Assembly (NCBI RefSeq): GCF_006345805.1
Contig: NW_021831990.1
Coordinates: forward strand, 1-64,000
Direction: 5' to 3'
DNA: 64,000 nt
Source of the DNA: Octopus sinensis
Taxonomy: Eukaryota
The notes under the pieces are model-generated. The model saw only the letters and a program-made list of their open reading frames with translations, had not been told where the DNA came from and ran no database searches. This document shows, piece by piece, positions 38,588 to 51,029 of this stretch (positions are counted from its first letter, which is position 1; the number at the start of each line of letters is the position of its first letter). Made by a program: the position numbers and the translations under genes.

Positions 38588-41500
38588 CAGGTGGCTTCGT
38601 CATTCATACGTGCCATCCTTGCTACATTCACCCATCTTTTTTTAAAACATTCACTAGACAAAACTTGCCTCTCTACTCTCACTTTTTTTCTTCAGTGATA
38701 CTTGAAGAAGTTGATGAGAGATTGACCAGAGAGGAAAGTGTTTGTCTCTAATCCTTTCAGACGCGTCCACCAGATACATTCTTTCGCCATAGCCACAAGG
38801 ATGATAAAATAGCTCTTCCTTCCCGTTTGAAGGAAGGAGGCGTGACGATATTAACGATAGACTCGGCTGATAAACCGACACGTCCCACACGTGACAGCAG
38901 TCGTTCGACATAAGCCCACAGGTGGGAATTGCTGGACACTGCACGATTGCGTGCAGAGCGGTTTCGTCGCTCTGCCCGCATCTCGGGCAGGTCGGCCCCG
39001 TGTTTCTCGAGCCATGCCTATAGAGCTTATCCCGAACGGGTAGCGCTTCTCGTGTAGCCCCGCCAGGCCAGGGATCTCTGGAAGTTGTCCATAGGTCCCG
39101 GGCCGAAAGTCGTTTGAAACAGGCGGGTCAGGTATTCCTCGTCGACGCCCAAGTTTGCCCCGAGCTCGTCGTCGTACCTCCCCTCCACTAATCCCCTATA
39201 GAATGCTTTGGTTGTGTTGAAGTCACTCAAGGTCGACCCGGACGGCAGAGTTGCTTGAGAGCAACGCGACACTCGCGGTGCCATTCGCCCTTCTCGGCCT
39301 CTTTTTGATCCACGACTGTAGTTCGGTCATGGAGACGAGTTGCGGGAATGCGTGCCTCACAAACGGCGACCACACCTGTTCACCGTCGTCTACATAGAGC
39401 CGGAGATGTCCCAGTCTCAGCGCGTGTCTGCGCATCATCAGCCACGGCATGCCCAGCCCTCCTTTTAACGGGTGTTGACAGCAAATGGATCGCCTGACCA
39501 TCGGGACGCATCCTTTCCACAAGAAGCGGAAGAGGATGCGTTCTAGTTTGGTGATGGTGGGGTCGGGACAAGGTACGACGGTCAGGCGGTAGTAGATGAT
39601 GGACGCGATGTACGCGTTCACCACCTCCGCCCGACCTTTTAGGGACAGTTTCCTCTCGGCCCATAGCTGGGCGAGAGTGACCACCCTACTCGTTATCTCG
39701 TTCCAGTTCTTCTCCATTTGGAGGTCCGGACCGAACCAGACCCCGAGCAACTCAACCGGCCGTCTGTCCAGCGTCCCACGACGGAGTACTGGTGGACGGC
39801 ATGGGCTTGCTTCTCCAGGTGCCGAGCCGCAAGCCCACTGACTTTTCCCGGTTGATTTTTGCTCCTGTCACCGCTTCGTAGTTTTTCAGTGTCTCGCCGA
39901 CCCGCTCGATGTGCTCGTGGCTTGACACTATGACGGTGACGTCGTCCGCGTATGCAGACACGCTCGTCCCGCATCCTAATTCTCGCGGGATGCCCCTCAG
40001 AGTCGCCAGCTTCCGCAGTAGTGGCTCAAGAGTCAATACGTATAGAAGCGCCGAGAGGGGGCATCCCTGACGGACCGAACGTGCAATGTCGAAGGGTCTC
40101 GATAGATGTCCATTTACGCGACAATTACGAACGGATGCCCCTGTACAAGGCAGCTATCCAGCCGCGGAAGACGGGACCGAAACCAGCCGCTCTCAGGACT
40201 GCCTCCAAGTATCGATGGTCTACCCTATCAAAGGCTTTCGATTGATCCAAGTTGATCAGGGCCCCACCCATGCCAGGTTCGTTAACTACCCTGTCTATGA
40301 TGTAGCGCATCAGATGGAGGTTGTCATGGATGCTCCGGCCCGGCACGGCGCACGTTTGTGCGTTGTCGACCAGTTTCTCGATGACAGCGCCAACCTCTTG
40401 GCTAACACCTTTGTCAAAATTTTCAGGTCTGCATTGAGCAGAGTGATTGGCCTAAAGTTATCTATAATGTTTCCCTTGTTTGGATCTTTCTTCAGCAGAG
40501 TTACAGCTCCTCGACTCACAAAACCGGTATGCTCCCGTTTTGCTGCCAGTTGCAGTATACCGCTGCCAAGACGTCTCCAAACAAGTCTGGCATACAATAG
40601 TAAAATTCGTAGGGTAGACCATCCAAACCCGGTGATTTGTCCCTCGAGCATTCTGCCATCGCTTCCCGCACTTCCGCCGCCGTGATGGCACCTTCGCAGC
40701 ACCCTGCCTTTCTTGTCGAGAGTCGTGGCAGGCTATGTAGGTAGGCACTGAAGTCTACCCTACGTTCTTGCCCTCCACTCGTCCCGAACAGTCGGGCAAA
40801 ATGCTGCTGAAAGGCCTCACACATTTTACTTGGCTCGAGCAATTCGCGCCCCTGTTCATCTACCAGTGACCGAATGGTGGCTTTGTTGCCCTGTTGCGCC
40901 CTCTGCCACCCGGGCCTCTCTCGCGGCTCCAACACCTTCGTTCCTTAGAGCACGCATCCTAGCTCTGACAGCACATCCTTCGTGTTTGGCGTTGAAGTGT
41001 TGGTCGAGGGCCAACCTCGCCGCCAAAACGTCGGATGCGATGCCGCTTCTAATTGCCTCTTCTAGCTTCTTAACTAGCTCACCCTCTACTCTATTTCTAT
41101 CTATGGCTAGTGCTTTGCTGTACCTAATCGCTTCTGCTTTTACTGCTCTCTTGAGGGCAAACCACCATTTGTTGTTGATGATGGCTCCCGTCAAAGCCCT
41201 CTTTACTAGTGTAATCCGCTCTCCGGTCTCTGAAAACTTGTCTGGACGGGAATGATGCGTTCAGTTTCCAGTACCCAGGACCCTGTCTATGTGCCTTATC
41301 TAAGTCTAGCGTACACGTCACCAATTTGTGATCCGTGTAGCTGACTGTGTGGAATTGTGGACATCCTAAGTTATCCTTGTCTACTGTCCTACACAGTATC
41401 CTATCTAGATACGATCTCGACGACCCACTGCGGTTGCTCCATGTCCACGTTGGTGCATTTGGGTGGTCGAGTCGGTACCTGTCAGACAGTTGGAATCGTC

Positions 41501-42007
41501 TGAGCAGGTCTCTGAGGCATTTGCATCCCCTTCTGTTTCTGTCTCTACCCACGTAGTCTACATGCGTGTCCAAGGTAGCATTCCAATCCCCCACTAAGAG
41601 TAAAGGACGAGACGTTCCCAAGAATACTTCTAGACGTCGAAAGAAATCCGCCCGACCTGTTAAGGGCGGTGCGTAGACTGATACGAGTCGAAAAGCGCAC
41701 CCATTGCTGCCGTCAACATCCAGAACGATCAGTCTACCCTCCGGGTCTACGAATATCGTCTTGACTTCGAGATCCAGGCTCTTGTGAAAAAGTACCGCGG
41801 TGCCACTACCGCCCATCCTCGGCAGACAGGGAGCGAAATAAATGTTAAACTGTCCGCCAAACATGGACTTTAGGGCCCGTGGCTCGTGGAGTCTGGTCTC
41901 ACTTATGGCTATGATTCCCAAATCATGTGACTTGATGTCATTTAGGAGGTATCCTTGTTTCCAAGGAGACCCCAAGCACGCGCATTCACACAACCAATCT
42001 TGACCAT
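38588..42007 (-). pseudogene. Tx1 ORF2 (APE endonuclease, reverse transcriptase, CCHC), frameshifted
   Basis: MVKIGCVNAR..AISET..VSVYAP..GDWNA..YLDRI..TDHK..GYWKLN; PGLDGLP; FRPITLLNADLKIL; GRSIHDN; LDQSKAFDRVDH; YADDVT; LGVWF; LSLKGRA; about 7 frame segments. Confidence 0.9.
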
Positions 42008-42009
42008 GA

Positions 42010-44150
42010 TTCTATTGGGGTGTGTGCTTTAAAACACACAAATGAAAGTACAGAGAGTTACTTACTTGTGTCGAAAGTTTTGGCTTCCTCGTTCTTTGAT
42101 GTGTCTTCGAGGAGGTTTCTATATAGTTTTTGGGACAGATATTTCTGGAAACCCCCTACAGCATTTGGGAAGAGGCTTTGAGTTTGTGGTGTTTGTTTGT
42201 GTGATGTGTAGTATTTTGATGTGTTTGGGTGGTGTAGTGCGTGGATGATTGCTATTTTTAAAGTCATCTTCACAAATGTTTGTGTATCCTGTGATGTACT
42301 CCATTAGTTTGGAGTCTTTTGTGTCTATCGCTGATAGCATTGTTTTTGTGGTGTTGGTGCTTGTTTTGTTGTGTATGGAGTTTTCAGGGTTCAGGTATCT
42401 CCCTGCTTTGGTTGCGATTTCTTGTTTGGTTTTTCTTGATCTTTTTCTTTTACCCCCTGTGGCTATTTGCCATTCTGTCGAACTTTCATCGTTAGATGAA
42501 AAGTCTGACGAATCAGCAGGGGGCAAGGGTAAAGCGTCTGGGTGTGTTTGTGCGGTTGTAGATATTGTTGTGGTGCGCGGGGAGGTGTTGCTGGGGGGTT
42601 GTTGTGGTTATTGTCTCTCCTACATCCTTGGTGCTTGTCTTCTTCGTTGTTATTCTTGGTGTTGGAATTGGTTTATTTGTTGTTGGTGGTGATGATTCTG
42701 TTCTTGGCGCTGGTGTTGGTGTTGTTTGGTTGGGTTGGCTTGTTCTTTGTTGTTTTTCCTGCATTTCCGCATACAGCTTCTTGACTAGCTGTCCATATGT
42801 GGTGTGGGCAATAATCCTGGCTTTTGTGATTTTTCCTGTGGCTGTTGTTGTTGTTGTAATTTTGCGGCAGATTTGCACTCCTTTTTGAGGTGTGCCTCAC
42901 TGCCACATGTATAGCATCGTGGCCTTCTGCCCTCGACTACTACGTATAACTTGCGGCCATCCTCAAGATGTACGTGGGTGGGGATTTTATTTATGTCCTC
43001 TTGACTTATGTGGAAGAGGAACTCTATTCTCTTTCCCAGCCAGTCCTTGTTTTCCGAAACACCGATATCTAGGATGTTTATGTCCTCCATTTCGGATGTT
43101 AAGGCGGATGTAATCCACAGTGTTGTAGTCACTTGGGGGACACCACTGATAATGACTTTCGTCACCTTCTGGCCGAGGTAACTCGGTGTCAACGTTAGTT
43201 CATCAGAATGAAGGGTTATCGTTGAGAATTTCTTCGCCAACTCTTCATTCTGAAAAACCACCTGTACGTGTGCGAACTTGTTCGCCCAAGTCACACAATC
43301 CTTGTATCCCCAGATGGGGCGTAAGCACTTTTCGACTTTGTCTGTGCTTGCCTTTTCTGGACTTTTTGTTTTTTTATTTGTGATTTTATATACAATTGTC
43401 TTTTTTTTCTCCTCATTCAGTATGTGCTGAGGTATGTGTAAGAGTATTTTTCCGTTTTGATTTGTAATAAGGTTTCTGCAATCTTTAATCTGTTGTGTAG
43501 TAAACGAAACTTTTGTTACCTTTTCTTTTATCGCCTCGGCGAAGTTTGTTGTTGTTTTGTTATTGTTGTTACTGCCGGTGGTGTTGGTGTTGATGGCAGG
43601 GGTGTGGGTTGTAGGTTTGTGGTTGCTGATTATGCAACTAGCAAGGGGTGGAAAATTGCCTGCGTAATTTAGTCCTGCATTAGCGCAAATTCGGCATTTC
43701 GTTTGCTTGTCGTCGTTATTTTTTCACTTGTTGGTGATGGAGTGAGCAGTGGTTGAAGGGAATTGTTGTTGTCGTCGTCGTTGTTGTTGTTGTTGTTGTT
43801 GTTGTTATTGTGTCGTTCTTGGTGACGGCGGTGGTGTTAGTAGTATTAGTAGCATTGACGGCACGGTCTTTGGTGGCGGTGATGTTGGTATTGTTATTGG
43901 TGGCGACGTCTTTAGTAGGGATAGCAGTTTTAGTAGCAGATTCTGCCATGTTGTTGTTGTCGGTGTTGGTGGTGGTGGTGGACTCACTGATGGTGTTGAC
44001 GGTGCTTGGCCTTGCGACCTTTGTTTTGTATTTGTTGCTGTTGATGGTGGTGGAGTTGTCAGGTTCGGCGTATGCTAACAGAGCATCCTGTTTTTCTGTT
44101 TGTGCGTCACGCTTGACTTGCACCTCAGCCTCGTGGTGACCAGTGGCCAT
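42010..44150 (-). pseudogene. Tx1 ORF1 (Thr/Asn-rich N-terminus, RRM-like region, CCHC zinc knuckle), frameshifted
   Basis: ATG at 44150 (MATGHHEAE); RPRCYTCGSEAHLKKEC knuckle; directly upstream of ORF2. Confidence 0.8.
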
Positions 44151-44374
44151 TTTGGAAATAAAATGGATAAATGAAACCACGAAGGCTATGAGAAATTTTT
44201 CTTTTAAATTTTGCCCACAAGGGGCAAAATTTTGTGTAGATATTAATCAAGGTTTGCAGTGGATGTTGTTGCACAACTTTTAAACAGAAAATATTTCACA
44301 ATAAACAATTTTCAACGTACAAAATGACCAACTTACGTGGAGCCCATTTGACTAGCGTCCGTCCATGTCGAGAG

Positions 44375-44485
<111 letters not shown>

Positions 44486-45269
44486 GATGTGTTCATAGAT
44501 GTAGTCAGTGTAAAAATTTAAAGAAAAGAGCGAGATCATACTCCCCCGCTCTGCATCTTATAGATTATATATGAAAGTCCTATATTTTGTCATTATTGCA
44601 TTCAATATTTTATATCCTCAAATGCCATTATATTACAATGGAGAGCATCTTTGTTTAGATTCTATCTTTGTGTGTTTTTGTGTGGTTAGCTATAATACAA
44701 AGATACTCACACAGACACAGAAACACATACAACACCACACAGGCACCACATACACACCCACACACTCAGACACTCACACCACATATATTTATATATTAGA
44801 ATATATATATATTAATATTTTATATTATATTTATGTATATATCATATATAATGTATTATATATATATATATATAATATTTATATATAGAATTATATATAT
44901 ATTTATATTATATATATATATATATTATATATATATATTATATATCTATATCCTATATATTATATATAATATATAATATATATATATATTTTTAATCCAA
45001 ACGGGAAACAAAAAAACAACAACAATGGAACAATTACAGTATTATTATTAATAGGCGCTCAGGAAAAGGAAGCAGGGAGGTATGACGTTTCGAGCGGAGC
45101 TCTTCGTCGGAAACATAAAGAAGGAAGAGAGAGGAAAGAAAGATCCCAGAGCGGGCAACAGGGAAAGAGAAAAAAGACGACTGGTGTTTACGAGTTGCAC
45201 ATGGTGAAGGGCGGATGTTTACGAAAACAGAGCAAAGTGGGTTTTTAAAGGCAAAAGAGTGGAGACAAG

Positions 45270-45301
<32 letters not shown>

Positions 45302-45573
45302 ATATATATTCGTATCTAAATATGTATTTATACTTACATATATACATATATGAACAAATGTATATATACTTATATATACATACATGCATACATGCATATA
45401 TACATACATATATATATATACATATGTGTGTGTGCGTGTGTGTGTATGTATGTATATTTCTCTTACACATATTGACACACATTTTATATTGTGTCTGCTT
45501 TATAACATATGTAAAAGAAATACGTTTATGTTTGTGGATAAAGATGCGTACACACACACACATGTATATATAT

Positions 45574-45621
<48 letters not shown>

Positions 45622-46621
45622 TCTGTGTGTGTGTGTCTGTGTGTGTGTGTCTGTGTGTGTGTGCGTGCGTGTGTATTTATATATCCATATACATACGCAT
45701 ATATATATACATATACACACACGCACCAACACACGCACACACACACGCGCGCCTCCCCTCCCCCCATACACACACACACACCCACAAGGAAACCGTGACA
45801 AATCTTTCACTACCCGTGACTTCGACTCTCATAATTTTCTTTGTATACATTTCCTTTCACATCATATGTATACAAATTTTCTAGGTTCTGTTTTCCCTGT
45901 TTTCGTTGTGTTAAGCCTTCACTTTTATAAACAGAAAACAAATTATATTATTCCCTGCCAGATTAGAGATTACTTATGTAGGGTCAATGAACTTGGTATT
46001 ACTATATTGACATCACTGGTTCAACTGTCCACAAATTAATGAGAACTAGAGTAGACAATATTTAAACAAAGAATCTGTTGAACAATTTCTTTTTGTATTT
46101 CAGTCCGCAGAGACGTTCGGGTGCATAACCCTTCGACAAGGCCTTTGAGATTCGTGGGCGAGAGGGAGAATCGTATCCTCAAACAGAAGATCTGGTCCAG
46201 ATATTTGCACCAGTGTGGGCTACACTAAAGGCGCCCAGTGACAAAGTGGTTATAATGAGATCATTGCGAAAGGCCGTTTGGACGCTGCCGATTTGGTTCG
46301 GCTAACTAATCAGTTAATTAGTTTGAGTGACAGTCCTTTATGGCACTGGAAGCAACACTCACTCATGCACGCACGCGCAGAAATATACACATACAGGCGC
46401 AGGCGTGGCTATGTTTGTATATATATGTATATATGTATATATATATATATATGTATGTGTATATATATAATATGCATATATATGTATGTGTATATATGTA
46501 TGTGTATATATATAATATACATATATGTATATATATGTATGTGTATATATATAATATGTATATATATATATAAATATTTATATATATATATATGTATGCA
46601 TGTATACATATATATGTATAT

Positions 46622-46750
46622 ATAGAGAGAATTCACAAAAAAACAAAAGACGAAGACAGGTGGTGTAGAAAACAAACAGATGTATTAGTATAACGCTCGG
46701 GAGTTGAAAAGAGTCTTTAACGTTTCGAGCCTACGCTCTTCTACAGAAAT
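46622..46750 (-). mobile_element. Family F mini-element with hammerhead-like motif (46713-46749)
   Basis: Reverse complement TTTCTGTAGAAGAGCGTAGGCTCGAAACGTTAAAGAC; (TA)n flanks. Confidence 0.75.
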
Positions 46751-46797
<47 letters not shown>

Positions 46798-46932
46798 ATA
46801 TATATATATGTGTGTATGTATATGTGTGTGTGTTTGTGTGTGTGGGGGGGTGTATATATGTATGTATGTATATGTATATATATATAATATATATATATAT
46901 ATCTATATATATATATATAATATATATATATG

Positions 46933-46978
<46 letters not shown>

Positions 46979-47544
46979 GCATAGTTTGTATGTGCGTCAC
47001 CTCCTGAAAGCACTCTAGCATTTATCAATTTAAAATTATAATTTAAATAATCTACTGCAAAAAAGAAAATAAACTTTAATCTAAATAATATTTGTTTGGT
47101 TAAATTCACAGCCGTTGATGAGTCAGATTAGTAATTTTATGTTAGTTTCAAATAATTACAAGGCAAATATGAAGAGACAACAAAGTACTCTGTTAAAGAA
47201 ATATCTCATTGTGGTTGATCACACGTGATCATCATTGAGGTTAATTAACGTTTAGATCATTACTGTAATTATTTTCTAGTTTTAATTGACAACAGTATAT
47301 TAACCAGAACTAAAAAATAAATTTGATGGAATATCAGAATCGAGTTAAACATTTAGAAACGAAGAGATAATTAGATGTTAATGAAGATAAAATCTGAAAG
47401 AGTAGGCGGAGTTAAAAAGAGTGTCAGTGGGAGGAGCTATAAATGAGTTGCTGAAGTGACATGCGTAATAGTACATTGTTTTATGTGAAAGAATGTGAAA
47501 TACCTATAGGAACTGACATACACTAACTATATAAATCACATATA

Positions 47545-47776
47545 AGGCTGCGAGCTGGCAGACACGTTAGCGCGCCGGGCGAAATGCTTAGCTGTATTTC
47601 GTCTGTCGTTACGCTCTGAGTTCAAATTCCGCCGAGGTCGACTTTGCCTTTCATCCTTTTGGGGTCGATAAATAAAGTACCAGTTTCGCACTGGAGTCGA
47701 TGTAATCGACTTAATCCGTTTGTCTGTCCTTGTTTGTCCCCTCTATGTTTATCCCCTTGTAGGCAATAAAGAAATA
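47545..47776 (+). mobile_element. SINE A monomer (A1) with TSD TATATRAATCACATAT
   Basis: Consensus match and flank duplication. Confidence 0.88.
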
Positions 47777-48039
47777 TATATGAATCACATATACATACGT
47801 ACCCCTACTCTATAAAATCATGTATTTGTACATACATTCATAGACGCTCATAAATGCATACATACACACACACATACAAGCATACATACATATAAACATA
47901 CATACACATAAAGGTCACCTGTAATAAGCTCCATTTATGCAATGCCTTCCATAGTTGTACATCTTTTAAGAAATCCACCAACAAGTTCGCACACACCCTC
48001 ACTCATACACACACATACATATATACTATAAAAAAGTGG

Positions 48040-48460
48040 AGGCGCAATGGCCCAGTGGCTAGGGTAGCGGACTCGCGGTCATAGGGGCGCGGTTTCGATT
48101 CCCAGACCGGGCGTTGTGAGTGTTTATTGAGCGAAAACACCTAAAGTTCCACGAATCTCCGGCAGGGGTGGCGAACCCTACTGTACTCTTTCACCACAAC
48201 TTTCTATCACTCTTTTTTCCGGTTTCTGTTTTGCCTGTAATTCGAAGGGCCAGCCTTGTCACACTCTGTGTATATATGCACTGTTCGACAACCGATGTTG
48301 GTGTTTTTACGTCTCCATTTATCTAGCCGTTCGTCAAAAGTGACCGATAGAATAAGTACCAAACTTGAATTTAAAAAATAAAATTAGAAGTACTGGGAAC
48401 GATTCATTCGACTAAAGCCCTTCCAGATGTTGCTCCAGCATGGCCGCAGTAAAAGATAAA
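48040..48460 (+). mobile_element. SINE C 5' part fused to SINE B 3' part
   Basis: C head to ~48270, then ACAACCGATGTTGGTG...CATGGCCGCAGT from family B. Confidence 0.75.
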
Positions 48461-48623
48461 AGATAAAGAACATAAAAGATTATAGACATATTTAATACTT
48501 CGCATGCGCTCGGACGTGGTAGACCTTTTCCCTGATTGAATTCAAGAACTGTACTATTCGAAAAGAGTTAAAGTCAGGTTTACAATATTTCCAACTTTTT
48601 TAATTTATTATAATGAATTCTAA

Positions 48624-49150
48624 ATGAGCGAGCATCACCAGTGCAAGTGGCACAATTGATAAGAAGAAGAAAACAGTTATAAGATTAGAAGAAAAATTAG
48701 CAACAACTATCATGCACGTGCTGATTCCAGAACACGTTTTTTTTTTTTTTTTTTTTTTTTTCTTTGTCTCAGGTCTGTATATAAGTTATGAAAGAGCTCA
48801 CGTTATCAGGGAATCAACAGTTCGTAATATTATTCAGATCACGAAACTTTATAAAGAACGGAGCCAAAGTGCAGCTTTATCATCGAATTTCCAAACAAGA
48901 AAAAAGAAGCAATACAATGATTGAAATGGATCGTCTCTTGTCGATTGGGATCGAAGATTGCAATCAAAAAAGCATTCATTTAAAACAAAAGCTGTCAGTC
49001 TGTTGCAGCATTCGAAAAATACAACGAAGAGAAGAAAACAAAAGGGAAATGGAATCTAATGAAGTTTCTACAGTAGCATTTCTCAGCTTTTTGTGGCACA
49101 GCGCCATTTTCAACTCCTGCTCTCTGCGTTTTGCAGAATAATCAAACAAC
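48624..49150 (+). mobile_element. Tigger/pogo transposase fossil (psq and CENP-B HTH domains)
   Basis: KKKKTVIRLEEKL..RESTVRNII..KRSNTMIEMDRLLSIGIEDCNQKSIHL, comparable to Tigger1 DMEKVLVVWIEDQ. Confidence 0.7.
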
Positions 49151-49264
49151 GGTTAATTTTCTGGCTTATTATCCATATTTTGTTATAGTGTCTCTCCTCT
49201 TTTTCGAAGCTAACATACATTTGTGTATCTTATTTTTTTTTATTCTATTATTCTATTATTCTAT

Positions 49265-49491
49265 TATTCTTTTATTCGTTTCAGTCATTTGACTGCGGCC
49301 ATGCTGGCGCACCGCCTTTTAGTCGAGCAAATCGACCCCCAGGACTTATTGATTGCTTGTAAGCCTAGTACTTATTCTATCGGTCTCTCTTGCCGAACCG
49401 CTAAGTGACGGGGACGTAAACACACCATCGGTTCTCAAGCGATGTTGGGGAGATAAACACAGACACACAAACATATACACACACACACACG

Positions 49492-49524
<33 letters not shown>

Positions 49525-49538
49525 TTATATATATAAAA

Positions 49539-49575
<37 letters not shown>

Positions 49576-49740
49576 CAACGGGCTTCTTTCAGTTTCCGTC
49601 TACCAAATCCACTTACAAGGCTTTGGTGGTTCCGAGGCTATAGTAGAAGACACTTGCCCAAGGTGCTACACAGTGGGACTGAACCCGGAACCATGTGGTT
49701 GGTAAGCAAGCTACTTACCACACAACCACTCCTGCGCCTA
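49265..49740 (-). mobile_element. SINE family B (left member of an inverted pair)
   Basis: Consensus match. Confidence 0.88.
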
Positions 49741-49764
49741 TGAGAATTTTTTGGGGAACTTACG

Positions 49765-50155
49765 AAAGTCATGGCTGTGTGGTTAAAAAGCTCGCTGTGA
49801 AACCACATGGTTTCAGGTTCACTACCACAGCCCGGCACCTTGGGAAAGTTTCTTCTACTATAGCTCCAGGTCGACCAATGCTTTGTGAGTGAATTTGAAA
49901 GACGGAAACTGTGTGGAAGTCCGTTTATATTTGTGTGTGGGTCAATGTCTTGGTGTTTCCCCTTCCATCACTTGAAAACCGGAGTTGATTTGTTTACTTC
50001 TGCACAACTTAGCGGTTCAACAAAAGAGACCGATAGCGTAAGTACCAGACTTTAAAAAGTCGAGTAATTGAGTCTATTTGTTCGGCTAAATCCCTTAAGA
50101 CGGTCCCACAGCAAAGGCACGGCTGAATGACTGAGACAAGTAAAAGAATAAAAGA
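49765..50155 (+). mobile_element. SINE family B, older copy (right member of an inverted pair)
   Basis: Diverged consensus match. Confidence 0.8.
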
Positions 50156-50794
50156 TTTTTTTTTGAAATTATATAATGAAATTATATAAAACCTTGTTTC
50201 TGCTTGCTCATAACACAATGCCTCATACATACTCTAATCTTGACAAAGATTTTTTAATGTGCCTAAAATATAAATGTAAATTTAAATATTTTATTCATAA
50301 CATAAATGGCGTTCACATCTAAACACCAAACGCCATCGTAGCGCCCCTTTGAGTGCTTACAACGCTGTCAAGGGGACGAAACCGGCCAGATTTAAGAACC
50401 AATATTCCAGATGCTTCAACAGATTTAGAAAACAACCTGGAATTCATAACTAGACCGTTGTTATTGCTATTTGACCCTAGGCTATTAATGATCGAGCAGC
50501 CCTATGATCAAGACCTTTCCAGTTTTGACTAACCTGGATTTTATTGGACCTATGCTTCTATGACTATATTATCGAATATAGCTTGCGTGTTTTTAAAAAA
50601 AGTAGGGTACGAATAGTGGATATTTGGTTGCTATTTCTAATAGATGGAACGGCTATCTAGAGGATCCTTCGCTACTCATCATTATTCGAGTGATGGGGTG
50701 AAGGTCTGTAATAAAATAATCTGGTAGGATTAATGCATCTCTTTGATTAAAATGCCACTGCATGGAGGGCTTCAGAAGAAATGCGTTGCAATAT

Positions 50795-50972
50795 TTATTC
50801 CAACTAAGGCGGCGAGCTGACAGAAACGTTAGCACACCGGGCAAAATGCGTAGCCGTATTTCATCTGCCGCTACGTTCTGAGTTCCAATTCCGCCGAGGT
50901 CGACCTTACCTTTCATCCTTTCGGGGTCGATAAATTAAGTACCAGTTACGCACTGGGGTCGATATAATCGAC
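50795..50972 (+). mobile_element. SINE A, 3'-truncated next to the Penelope element
   Basis: Head and core present, tail missing. Confidence 0.85.
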
Positions 50973-51029
50973 GATGTTAAATAGTCAAGTGACTTAAAAG
51001 TGACTCGTTGTGAATTATAGCAGTAATTG

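Larger units (their letters stand above)
38212..44370 (-). mobile_element. Near full-length L1/Tx1-clade non-LTR retrotransposon inserted in (GATA)n
   Basis: 5'UTR, ORF1 with CCHC knuckle, ORF2 with APE, RT and zinc knuckle, 3'UTR ending AATAAAGAAACAT; GATA arrays at 38065-38212 and 44374-44486. Confidence 0.93.

Noticed and set aside
48760-49141. Strong acceptor plus a 117-aa ORF as a host exon
   Set aside because: Explained by a Tigger/pogo transposase fossil containing an expanded poly(T)
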